64,000 nt of DNA from Pelomyxa schiedti. Taxonomy: Eukaryota > Protista > Evosea. The position numbers were made by a program, and so were the translations under genes. Every line of letters begins with the position of its first letter. The stretch's first letter is position 1. The notes beneath the pieces were generated by a model, which saw nothing but the letters and a program-made list of their open reading frames with translations, had not been told where the DNA came from and searched no databases. The stretch spans positions 1-64,000 of the forward strand of contig JAHLWZ010000849.1 of assembly GCA_020536535.1 (NCBI GenBank). Direction: 5' to 3'. Below are positions 11,901 through 23,847 of the stretch, in pieces.

Positions 11901-13816
11901 GGGTACATCTCATGTCTTTATCAAGGAGTGTCTAAAGGCTTTACAAACAAATAGATCTCCCACTAAATACCACGTTCTGTTGGCGGGTTGCCCTACTCTC
12001 AGGATATGACACGGCCAGTTCTGACACTTTCTTCTTCACTACTAGAGCCCGAGATTGCACTTCCGTGGACTGCAACGGCCACGGCACTTGCATTGATTCT
12101 ACCCTAGAATGCAGTTGCTATTATGGGTGGAATGGTCCTTTCTGCACCGATCACTCAAGTTCTGAAGGAACCCACGGTGAGTAAGGGCAATCTTCTTTCA
12201 TTCAGTGAAAAATATGAAGGCAAGTCTGTGAATGCCATTGCTGTGGGCGTTGGCGTTTCAGGTGGCGCTGTTTGTCTCATCGCACTTCTGGTTGGTATGG
12301 CCTTATTGGCAGGACGCAGGCGTCGAGAAAAGCTCCCTGACTTCACTTCTCTCAAATTTACAAAAGGTTATTTCTCTCTGGGAGTAAATTTAGTTACCCA
12401 ACACACCCCAAAGTTGACGTACCTCCATTAAATGAAGCTGAACAAGTGTTATTGGCTGAGAAGACTAATGAAGTTTTGGCGGTATGAAGCACAGGCCGAG
12501 ATTTTACTTTTTCTCACATACAGTTTCAGTTCCTTTCGGATGCTGGAACCAGTCCTTTTGCTCCTGCAGATGCCTTATTACAACAAATTGAGATAACAGA
12601 ATCGGAAAATATATGCAAGTCCCTTGTTTATGCTTATACACAGGCTGGCAAAGGTTTTTGTATTTTTTTTTTGAAACACAAGTTGCTTACTGTGTAACTT
12701 CAGGACTTGATTTTGTATGCCACCTAGTAATGAAAGAGGTCGAATCATGTGATAAAGATATTGGTCTTTTCCGAAACAACAGCAATGCCACAAAGGTTTT
12801 CCTTTCGTCGAGTCTTCTACCATTGACATGGTCAGGCGTTTAAATTCTATTCCAAAATTGTTGGTATTGAGTATATGTACCGAACTCTAGCTGTTTTGTT
12901 TTATGGTATCCTCACCCCCCTCCGTTGGGTTCTGACTTTTATCACAGAGCTTAAAAAGAAACAAGCAGAAGAAACTGACAAGGTACGTTCCACATTTCTA
13001 AGCAATCATTAATCCTTGAAGGCTGGCTCAATTGAGTTATTTGAAACTCACCTGGAACTCGACCCTGAGAAGCTTGGTGATACAAGTGACGAAAACTTGA
13101 ATACCCTACTGTTGCAATTGATGTGCCAGAAATTTGTTACACAAATCTCTAAATCGGCTCCGCATCTCCCAGAGTAATTTACTATTAATTAATATCTTTT
13201 TCCTCTAATTTTTACCTAGTGACCTGAAAGCCATATGCCGTGTGATACACAGTTCTGTTGCCGAGAAATTCCCAGGCCGTGAGAACGTGGCACTCGGTGC
13301 CTTTTTGTTTCTCAGGTTGGTACTGAAAGTATGAAAATAATAACGTAACCAACAACGTCTCAGGTTTTTCAATACGGCCATTGCAATGCCGGAAGTGTTC
13401 GGGCTCCTTCCTGGTCAAAATTTATTTACATTTCAACATATACACTTATTTAGACTAGAATCCCCATCATCAGAATTCCGACATGAACTCACCATGGTTT
13501 GCAAAGTCTTGCAAGGCCTTGCAAACCAAGTTTTGTTTGGTAATAAGGAGGAGTTCATGGTTCCCCTCAACGGGTTCCTGGAGGATAACTTTGGCGTAAT
13601 CAACCGCTTCTATGCCAATATTCTCAAGGTTTGCCCTGTTTATGTACTTTGCACCGTTACTCACCTCCTCTTCTTCAGGACACACCCAGTACTGCCGCTC
13701 CCACACCTGTTGTGATCCCCTCACAATACTACGAATCAGCCATCGCATGCATAGCGACGCAACTGATCATCCAAGAAGGACTTCAGAAGCAGAAGCAGAA
13801 GAAACACAAGCAGTGA
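5949..13816 (+). CDS. Single-pass receptor-like RasGAP: signal peptide, ~12 FN3/Ig-like modules, EGF-like domain, TM helix, cytoplasmic RasGAP domain
   Basis: Hydrophobic leader VFTVIGALLAICTLRGAVSA; repeated L.SP...W....G..C...Y.W.V.A.NG...F.VC modules; EGF CTSVDCNGHGTCIDSTLECSCYYGWNGPFC (~12055-12147); TM AIAVGVGVSGGAVCLIALLVGMALLAG followed by RRRREK; RasGAP motifs LFRNNSNATK, FLFLR|FFNTAIAMPE, KVLQGLANQVLFGNKEEFMVPLNGFL. Many short GT-AG introns. Confidence 0.88.
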
Positions 13817-13934
13817 GCTGGAAGTTAGGTTGTATTCAATCACCCCTGTGTCAATTAGAATAGAAAAATTACTTTATCGGGCCGAATTTTCCTCTTTCTT
13901 GTCTTTTTTTTTTTTTTCTCATTTACTACAAAAC

Positions 13935-16091
13935 ATGACGGGGGAGCCACAGCCACTCACGTTAGCGGAGGAGTTCTTGTGCGATCTAGATGACGAGGAA
14001 GATGACGATGAGGGAGCGGGAGATCTTGGGCAGCCCCGGGAGGGATCAACCCGATTGGCTGACGACTCGGCGTCTATGGATGAGAAGTCCACCACCACCA
14101 CCACCACCGCCACCACTACTACGACGACAACGAGCAGCACTGTAAAGACCGAAGAGGGCGAAGGCGAAAGCGGGGCGGCCGAGGACGCGGCGGAAGAAAT
14201 GTTGGCTCAGAGGGATGCCAAGTCGATTGCCAAAATCTTGCATAGCGAAAAACTAACGGCACTGATGAAGGTGTGCCTGACTTATGTCACTTTCTCCTCT
14301 AACAAATACCTGCAAGCAAGTGGAGCATTATTCTATGATTGGGAGAGCTCCCACTTCTGGGCCTATTGTTGGCTCTATCGAGGACGACAAAGAATACCAA
14401 CTTATGCAACAAGCTAACAATATGGCAGTGGAGATATCAAACGAAATGGAGGTCTGTGACGTCATTATTCATCAATTTATGCGTGAATTTAATTTGTTAG
14501 ACAGGCTCTACACAAGTACGTGCGAGACCTCTATTCAGCCAGATTCCCTGAGCTAGAATCTCTCATTCCGCTACCTATTGACTATGCTCGCACAATCATA
14601 CGAATAGGAAATGAAATGGTATCCCAACTCGTTTCTTCACCTAATTTTTTTCTTAGTTTCTTGTAGGATATAACTCGTGTTGACCTGACGGACATCCTTC
14701 CCCCTCCTTTAATCATGGGTGTTGCTGTCAGTGGTAGTAGTACAAACACACAATCAAAGGTACTAGACCCAGAGACCCTCCAGCGAGTACTGGATGGGTG
14801 TCAGATGATAATTCGACTGGATGCCATCAAGCAGAGGGTAAGATTGCTTTGCAGAGCTACTGACTCAATATTTTGCAGATCTTGGACTATGTCGAAAGTA
14901 GAATGCTGTTTATTGCCCCAAATGTAACTGCTATTGTGGGTAGTACTATAGCAGCCAAGATTATGGGTGCTGCTGGTGGACTTAATGCTCTTGCCAGACT
15001 CCCTGCAAGCACAATACAGGTTTCATTTGGCTTCTTAGATATTCCTGCTAATAGGAGCAAAGATTCTTGGGCAAAAGAGGTCCAATCTCACTGGTTTTGC
15101 TGCATCCCATTTCAGGTTGCACACCGGCTATATATATGATTGTGACATCATCAAGAAGACACCAATTGATCTGAGAATGAGAGCATGTCGGCTTATTGCT
15201 GGAAGGCATGTACACTTCCACTTCTATTTCTCATCTAATCATTCAAAGGCTAACGCTTGCTGTTCGAGTAGATAACACCAATGACGCGGCTGCAGGTAAG
15301 CAACCGAAATATATTACTCTTACCTTCTTTTGAAAGTCACTGGTGAAATTGGTCGCAAGTTGCACGACTTTATTGTGAAGCGAATTGAAGTATGGCAAGA
15401 ACCCCCACCAACAAAACAGGTCAAGCCCTTGGCGGCTCCAGATGATAAACCAAAGAAGAGACGTGGAGGAAAAAGGTATTTCTTGTGTCTTTTCTTTTCC
15501 TTGTGTTTGTAGGGATGGGGGGGACGGCTGCTGTACTCGGTAAACAATCCACTAATAGAGACTGGCTCCAGAGTTCGCAAATTGAAAGAGAGATTTGCTG
15601 TCACTGAAGTAAGAAAGCAAGCTAATAGGATTCCTTTTGGTGGTGTGGAAGAGACATTCAGGGAGAGCGGCAAAGGATTCGGAATGCTGGGGCTCTCTGG
15701 TAGTGGCAAGGTATCATGCAACTCTAATTTCCTGGATACCAACTGTCACTTACTAGTTACGCATCTCTGCAACCGACAAAGGCATAATAAAGAAGAACCG
15801 CAAGGATCGTACGTCAGGAGGCTCTGCGTCCACTGCCGGTGGAATTCGATCTGTAGTCAGTGGCTTCCGGTCGTCTGCCAGTGGATTCTCCAGCAGTCTT
15901 TCATTCACTCCAGTACAGGGAATAGAATTAGTGAACCCCAGTCTTGCTAGAGGCCCCATGCCCCCTCCATCGACAATCCCATCCTCTAAAGAGTGTGTAC
16001 ATTTTCCCTTCTAAAATCCAGTCTCACCTCCATTTTCTACAGCTACTTTGCCGACACAGCCTCCTTCGTTGCCCCCAAGAAGAACACTTGA
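13935..16091 (+). CDS. PRP31: U4/U6 snRNP protein Prp31
   Basis: TLAEEFLCDL; IEDDKEYQL; RFPELESLIP; IAPNVTAIVGSTIAAKIMGAAGGLNALARLPASTIQ; KPLAAPDDKPKKRRGGKR; KERFAVTEVRKQANRIPFG; SLSFTPVQGIELVNP. Confidence 0.97.
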
Positions 16092-16295
16092 CACATCATA
16101 CCTCGGCTCGTCGTCTTTTTTTTTCTACCTAAAAAATAATAGATTGTTCTATAGGTTCTTCGTCTAACCGGCTCGTCCATCGAATCTTTTTTCATGCAAC
16201 AAACAAAACTGAAAAATAAAAAAAAAATAAAAAAAAGGGTGGTAGAGACACCAACACACACCATCGACACCGAACAGTTACGCCCATAATTCAAT

Positions 16296-18273
16296 ATGGA
16301 GGTCGAGGCGAGGGGCATAAATATGTGGCTTTTGGGGATGCCGATCAAGGGCTTTGTCATCACATACTTCGTGGCCGCCCTGTTGTTTGCTGGTTCAATT
16401 TTGATCGGCGGTGCCTTGGGTACTTTTCCTGCTTTTTTCCTTTTTTCCCATTGGCTTGTAGTCGTGACACCTCCCCCCCTTTTTTTTCCTTTTTCCTTCT
16501 TTCTTTTTCCCCTCCTTTGTGTTGGGTGCATATATTTAGGACCTGATGTATGGACACGATATGTTGACACGGCTTGGAAGTGCGGTACAAGCTCACCGAT
16601 TGTCTTTGATCCCTCGAATTGCACTGGTGTTGATCTCAGTGTTCCTGGCTCTGTGTATCAGTATACTCTGAGTGACATGGGCCAATTGAATCAAGAGATA
16701 GACCTATATATTAAACTTGTAATTTCCTATCGTGTGTGTTTGAGTGAACCAACGGATGGTTACCAGAGTAATTTGAGAGCTGACACTGGAATTGAGCGCG
16801 ATGTGTACTTTAATATCAGCATTATTGGAGCCAATGAACCAGGGAATTGGGAATCTGTGACCAAAGATACTCTTACTCACCGAGTGATCAGCTGTGACCG
16901 GGTACCTATAATTAAGACCAAACTTTATTTCCCAATGACCCATTAGGGATCCTACTGGTGCGATCGTGTCATTTTGGCCAGTGTACCCTTTGTGCACTTC
17001 ACCAGATACCAGTATTATATATCAGCATATCTTACTGAGGAGTACTTTGGTGATGCCGAATTCACTGTACTCTCTATCTCCAGTGAGAGCCCACTAACTT
17101 TCAACCCCAGTTCGAATTTGTAAATGCCTCAAACACTGAGTTTGAATTGTGGTGGAGATTCACATTTTTGGGTCTGACCTTTTTTGCTATATGCCTATTT
17201 TCTTGGTTTATTCGCAAGCTCAAATTGCCAAATTGGGCTATTGAACAAAAGTACATTTTCACTCATTTCAGCGGCCAAGTATTCACTAAATGAAGGTGGA
17301 CATCAATACTCCTCTTCGCCCTTGTTGGCTATAATAGTATGCCATTTCCCATTGAAAAACTAAACTCACCAATTCGGCTCAGATCCTGCTTTTCCACTTT
17401 TCTTGCTTTTTGATGGCTGGTTCCCTATCTTCATAAATCAAGTTTTGACGACGATATTTTACGCCGTCCTACTGCTTTACTGGCTGGTTACATTTGATGG
17501 AATTCGTAAGGTTAAAAGAGTCCTGCATCCATCAAAGCTCATCATCCAAAGGAGTCACAAAAAATGTCGGCTCTTAAGTTCTATCTCCCGAAGTTTATAT
17601 ATGTTGGTGTATGCTGGGCACTCATCGTTTTAGTTCTCACTTGGAATCAAATGCACAAAATCGATGACCCAACCCACTCTTACACAACTGACATTGGAGG
17701 ATATATGGTGAAACCACAGTAACTTCGCAGCTTCTTCTAACCTGTTTTGAAAGTTCTTTGCTATTGGGGCTCTCATACTCATCCTGATTTATGTTGCCTG
17801 GGTGGGCTATGTAATATTCCGTGCGTTTGTGGAAAGCAGCGGCGCACTATTCCTAAGAACACGAATCCGGTTCTTTGGAGGATTTACCATTTTTGTCATG
17901 ATCCTGTTCTCGTTCCTGCTTGTCATAACATTCTACTCGCACCCCAGCATTGAGAACAATGCTGCGAAATTTTTGACTACCATAGCTCTTGCCAACATCT
18001 ATGTATGGGTGCTGGTTGTAATGTTCCTCCCGGTTAAAGATGCCAGTTACGATTCCCTTCCTTCACATTCCAACAACAAAAACAAACCAACCAACACAAA
18101 TACCGGTGCTCATTCCAACAACAGTTGAAAACCAAGACGTGAGGAAGGATATCGCCATGACACACATTGAGGGAGAGACACACAGTGAATTCCCAAATGA
18201 AGAGTTCCCTGCCGCCAACACAGGCGATGAAGAGAGCCAGAAGAAGAAAGTTCAACTCAACCTCAAATCATAA
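16296..18273 (+). CDS. TMEM181: TMEM181 (Wntless-like fold) multi-pass membrane protein
   Basis: N-terminal TM then GP; luminal domain ending C...C..V.L....F.HF..Y; then FELWWRFTFL, WAIEQK|WTSILLFALVGYN|DPAFPL, LLLYWLVTFDGIR, and terminal TM NNAAKFLTTIALANIYVWVLVVMFLP. Confidence 0.8.
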
Positions 18274-18396
18274 CCCCAGACCAACCACCCTTGTTAGTTA
18301 GACGTTTTTTTGAAATAAAAAATCTTTTTTTTTCATAAATTATGCTATTAGTATACGGCTGGTGTTGTTAAGGGGGAGACAAAAAGATAAAGTGTA

Positions 18397-21324
18397 TCAA
18401 GTAAAGTCCACAACTGGGGGAGGGGATGTGGCTGCGGTTGTTGTTCGTGAGGATGCGGAGGTGGATGAGCGGAGGTCAGTTGAAAGGGACAATTTGTCTG
18501 CAGAAGCTATGTTCCGCCGTCCTCTAGTCGTGAATGAATCATCCACTTTGAGAAAGTCTTGCTGGATGCAGTGCTCGTCGAGGATGGCGAGTGCTGCCCC
18601 GTACTGCTCCATGCAGGCTTCGGTTTCATGCTGGGAAATGCTCTCGGTTGCTGCTGCATAGTCCCTTTTCTTTAAGGAAGCTTTGAGTCCGGCCATTATC
18701 TCTTCCGCCCTGCTCTCGTCTGGGGTAGCCTCTCCTTTTTTTGCAACAAGGTGGTACACGTGCGTGATCCTGGTACGATAGCCCCGCAGTACAACAGCAT
18801 CCAGCCAAACACAGACAAAAGAGGATTTCACTGCCTTGTAGATTTGCCCACTAATCAGTGGTGAAACTCCGTATACCTTACCTGCCTGTTCCAGTCTTGC
18901 CGAAAGGTTAGCCACATTTCCACATACTGAATGTATTTTTTGTGGTGTTAGTGGTCTCGATCTAGTCAGTGCGGAAGGTTTACCAGTGTAGTTAATTCTT
19001 TGCTCGTACCCAATATTGCCAACTAGCAGGTTTCCGGAGTGTATACCAACTCTGGTTTTCAACTGGGAGTAGTGTTGAGCAGGAAGCTTAATTGAGATGA
19101 AATTTACTTGGGGATATTTCGAAGGGAATGATGCATTAAGGGAAGCAAGGGCAGAACCAAATTCAATTGCGCTCATGCATGCTTCTATTTCAGAGGTTTC
19201 TAAGGGTTCCGGCGCTCCCCAAATTGCCATGATGCAGTCCCTTGATGAACATTATATTACCTCTTGAATGTTTAAAACTTTACCCTATGTATTTATCAAT
19301 ACACCCAGAGTGTTTCATTATAACATCGGAGAAGCAGCCAAACCAACTCTTCAAAATTTCTGCAACCACCCCTTTCGAGTAGCTCTCTGAAATTCCAGAG
19401 AAGCCCTGAGCACTGTAAGTTGATATACATACTAACCACACTGCAAACCTGAATGTCGCAAAACATAATCGTGAGGTGGGCCGGTTTCATTGTAAGTAGA
19501 TCAGTAACATTGCTGGTGAGAATTTCCTTAACAAGAGGCTTTGGCACGTATTTCGTCATCATGGCAACTCCTGCGACAGTTTAGTACGAAGCTTGCCAGA
19601 GCACATTTGATACCAGTTCTTAAGCTCGAAAATGTATTGATGATGCCATTAATCTCGGATACCCTTGATAATTGTGGAGCCAAAGAAAAATCCAGCCCAA
19701 CAACTGCCTTCATGGCTTGGTTCACTGAACTCAGTGGCTTGCTCACTTGATAATTGACCAGCACCACTGTGAGAGCCACAAACACTATTGTCATGATTAT
19801 ACTGACGACTGGAAATTTCCAGTCAGCGTTGTCAAAGACAGGTTGATCAATGACTATTATCACCCAGTCTAAGCCGGGTCGCGATAGGGGCACAGCAGTA
19901 GCAAAAACTTGAGAAATTTAAAGGTAAGAATCAAAGCAGGAAAGTGAACCGGTGGGCGTCATCCATTGTGCAAAGCCGTTCTTTGATGCGTTAAGCCAGG
20001 TGCCATAACGACGCACTACTATTTCATTAGCCTCCTTAACTTTGGGAAGTTCAATGTCGGAAATGTCGATTGGAATTTCAAATCCCTCCGTTGTTAGCTT
20101 GCTAAGGGCTATGGAGCTATCTGTCGTGCCGTACACGCTCTGGTCTGAGTCGGCGAGAAGAACTATTGCCGTTTCCATACTGAAAGACTGGGGAAAACTT
20201 GTCAGTGATATTAGTGAAGTACTGTTCACACACATGGAGAACTCGATCTGTCATGCTCAAAGAAAAATCCACTCCAACAACGCCGATGAATTCGTTGTCT
20301 TGAAACGCTGCATGAGAAAAAGAAACTAAGGTCCCATCTTGATATATGTAAGGTTCTGTCCAGCTCTTAGAGTCCTCTTGGGAAAATTTAGTGAATAATT
20401 GAGTGAGTGGATTGTCTTACTCTCTGGACTTAGTATTGTGTACCACTCCCCCTCAGTGTTGTTGACTGGGGTGACGGTATCAATAAGTGATATTACATGA
20501 CCAAGTCCATCAATTTTGTAGCGGTACTGAGTACCATCTTTCCACCACCAACTACCAAAGCCCACCTGGACAAACCATCAGGATAAAAACTGAAGCACAG
20601 TGTGGCATACACTATCGACCCAGGTACCATACAATCCCTGTGGGTGGTAAGGAAATTAGGAAAACTTTATTTCAAACTTACCCCCTGTTTTGTTGTCAGC
20701 CACACAGATGTTGAAATATTGAACCCCCTCAAAAAATCGAGGCTTACACCTATTGTGTAGTTCAAGTTGTCCATGTTCAGGGTCTTTTTCCCACTTGTGA
20801 GTTAGTTCTAGAAAATGTAACTTACACTAAAACCTTTGACTCAAACATCTGTGCAAAACTTCGAGTCATTGTCTCTGCTTCCATGAAGGTATTGAGAACT
20901 CCGGTGTAAACACCCGTGATGCTTGACTTAGACAATTCGCCAGATGATTGCCGGACTTGTTGGTTGTATGTTACAGCTTGCTGTACAACAATTATTACTT
21001 CTGGAGTGGAACGAACGTTACCATGACAATTGCCACACAGGTAGGTGCCCAAACAGCAACACAGATCTACCATAATCAGTAAAGAAAAAAAAGATGTGCC
21101 AACAAACCACAAATATTAGTATACAACTCAGAGGCACACTCCTCCTCTTGGGATCTAGATTCACAATAGCGTTATTGCATATTCTACCGCCCCAACACAA
21201 CAATACTAATACTGTATAAAAACCTACCAACACCAAAAAAACTCAGAGACCAACCGGGAATTGATGCCTCCTCTTTGTCATTTTCGTCCACTGGGCGCAC
21301 AGCCGAACTCCTTCTCGTTGGCAT
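18397..21324 (-). CDS. Membrane class III adenylyl cyclase with extracellular sensor (Cache-like) and HAMP domain
   Basis: TM, extracellular region, TM, HAMP (SKPLSSVNQAMKAV...SRVSEINGIINTFSSLR), then catalytic motifs LTIMFCDIQ|GFS, IDKYIG|DCIMAIWGAP, RVGIHSG, GNIGYEQRINYT|VCGNVANLSARLE. Start at 21324 (MPTRRSS) is inferred. Confidence 0.9.
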
Positions 21325-21794
21325 TGCGATTATTGGCCGTAGTAAATCCTAGGATTTTCGTTGGGTACAATTTGGATTGTTTTTTCCTTGGTCTTTGTCG
21401 GTAAGGCGTTTTGGCACATTGATCTAAGGTCCGTTTTATTCGGCGTTGTTGATCATGGGGCTTTCTCGGAGAAGAGATTATGCACCTTAAGAGGAGAAAA
21501 ATGCCTTCCGTTACTGGCAACATTCGAATGTCTTGTATGGCATGGTGCGAAAGATTGATCATTTTGTACACTTTGTACATTTCATTTTGGCTGTTATGGA
21601 ATGGAGTTCAGCTGAGGACCATTCTTCCTCTTTGAATCACAAGGCAATCTGAGGAACTACAGCGCACTATCTTGGTGCCCTTGTTCTCTGGTGATGTGCT
21701 TCTTGTTCTTTCAGTTTCTGCGGCATGAGCTGCTAAAACAGCTCCACGGCAAAAAGTTTGTTCCTGTGGTGTATTGTTGGGGTTTTTTAATAGT

Positions 21795-23006
21795 TTATTT
21801 ACTCATCTAGGGGTTTCGGATGTGTGATAACTGCATGAACATACAAGTTTGTTTTCCCCGGCTGTTGACAATGGCTTCAGGGGGAAATATTCACTGGAAT
21901 ACTTGCGAATTCTTGTATACAACTCAACATATCTTGTTTTATGTCTAGAAGTTTAGACGAGAAGATTGTGTGGACCTGGAGCGACTGACCCCCACGGAAA
22001 AGTGCATTAAGTTGAGAAATTCCATCTCGAGGAGATTTAACCCTTCAACTGTGAGCAGGTCAAATGCGGGTAGGTAATCAGCCTTGAAATTTTTGTTCAG
22101 GGTTACAAAAGTATTTTGGAAAACGCACATTCCAGATGGCATGGTCTTCCCAAACCTACAGTTTCAATCAACGAGGATTTCATAGAATGAAATTATTACT
22201 TTGGATGCCACCATAATACAAGAAAGGGTCAGTCTACTCCACGTTTCAGCACACAAGGCGCATCCACCATTAAAAAGGGATTCAACATAACTCTGCATCA
22301 GTTAACAACATTGTACATATATTTACGCAATACCAGTGACATTATGGCCACTTCTGGGTCCAGCTGAGGTTTAGGTTAAGGTTGTTGGCATAAAGAGTAG
22401 TAACTGCATACAGTCATTGCCCGGAACACAGTTTTGTAGAAGCTGTGGATTTCTTCTGCAGTTGGTTCCCTTGTAGGCTCTCCGCAACTCTGATTACTTT
22501 TTACATTTAATTTCTTAAATAAGAGTGTTCAGCATACGATAATGGTCAGGGGGTGTTCAATTTCTGAGAATATTGGGTGTACAATTTTTTCTGGGGTATT
22601 TATTTTCAACAGGGAGAGGAGCTCCATAGAAACACTGCATAAAATGTCAGGCAATCGAGTAAAATCCAAAATTACCAGCGCAAAAGTTCGTCCAAATCAG
22701 GAGTCGTGAGAACTGTTTTACAGTACAAAGAACTTGTTGAGTTGGACAACGACGTCCTTCTTACTCTTGTAATAGTCCTAGTTGCCTCAGCTCCAGCAGA
22801 TAAAAAAAAAAAAAAATACGTGGTTTCCGTAGTAGTCGTGGGAGACGAATGAGCACTACCACTACAAGGTGGAACATGGTCTATAATGTAATTTTCAGCC
22901 TGTGAGAAGTAGAGGAATCCAAAAGGGAATAACTACTTTCCAAGGGGGTTTCTTCCACAATTGGTACTGTCTCCGCCAATGCTGTTCGCCTCGTTGTTGA
23001 TGCCAT
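21795..23006 (-). CDS. Cyclin Y-like cyclin
   Basis: HPIFSEIEHPL; PTAEEIHSFYKTVF; LDPEVAIMSL|SYVESL; TWSRLTLSCIMVASK|VWEDHAIWN|ADY; LNLLEMEFLNLMHFSVGV. Both gene ends inferred. Confidence 0.8.
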
Positions 23007-23634
23007 TCCCCTGATTTTGCTTTTTTTTTTTTTTTCTGAATCTTTTTCCTCCGAACTTATTCCTTATGGGAAGATTCGTCTGGCTTGAAATACGCCGAAA
23101 TGCAGTGGGTGATAATATCGACTTCAGCCCTGGGGGGAAAGTTGTAGTTTGCAGGAGGTTTTTCAACACGTCCAGCCCTGTTTTTCTATGGTCGTTTACT
23201 TGCTTGAATTTTGGTGAACGAACAATTGTTGTGGCCGGACCAGCACAATGAGTATGGCGGGTATCACTTTGGGCACCACAGCAACACGAAAATCAAAGGA
23301 AGCGAGATATTAAAAAACGGTTTTTTTTTTTTTTTCAATGCTCACTGAAAAGTGAGGCTACAAAAATTGGGACTGGCCAGTGGCCTGAGTCCACGAGGCA
23401 TTGGAGTTAGTTTGCAATCAGCAAAAAATCTACGCCATCCCTTACGGTCATCAGCTGTAGAAATACCCCAAGCGCAAGAACTGAGATTTTCTCTTAAAGA
23501 CCCCTCGCATTTTGTCCGGCTCCCGCGGTCCCAATTGTGGGTATAGGATGTCCCACAATGACGCAGTTCCGGGTCAGCGACGTTATTCGCAGAGTCCGTG
23601 GAGTATTTTCTTCAACAATGAAAACAAAAAAACC

Positions 23635-23736
23635 AGGGTGAGCACCTAGCTACCTTCCGGGCCTTTACTGGTCCGGTTCATCGGTGCTCCCCTTACTTTT
23701 TTCTTGGAGTCTCTGCCTCATTGCAGTTCTCCTTTT
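23635..23736 (+). ncRNA. Candidate structured small RNA (U5-snRNA-like layout)
   Basis: Long hairpin: gagcacc/ggtgctc outer stem and ccgggcc/ggtccgg inner stem around GCCTTTAC. Followed by a U-rich tract, a small hairpin (ggag..ctgc/gcag..ctcc) and a T-run. Intergenic. Confidence 0.3.
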
Positions 23737-23847
23737 TATTAAAAAAACAAACAACAACTACATACCGTTTCCTTGGAGCTCGTTTCGCTAAACTTTAATT
23801 GTTCCCTTCAGTTCCACATCATTCAATCAATTTAAAAAGATGGGGTT

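Noticed and set aside
16296-23006. Wntless-like gene near cyclin Y as a proto-Wnt cluster
   Set aside because: Both families are widespread outside animals and no Wnt components are present. Proximity in a compact genome is not evidence.
23170-23293. Upstream SCCCG as the lipidated N-terminus typical of cyclin Y
   Set aside because: No ATG, an in-frame stop lies directly upstream, and it is in a different frame from the likely first exon at 23006.
23636-23693. Minus-strand hairpin with ATGA and AAA as a SECIS element, or an SRP helix-8 look-alike
   Set aside because: The upper helix is only ~7 bp, there is no properly placed 3' GA, and I saw no in-frame internal TGA in the upstream gene. 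The rest of an SRP RNA is absent.
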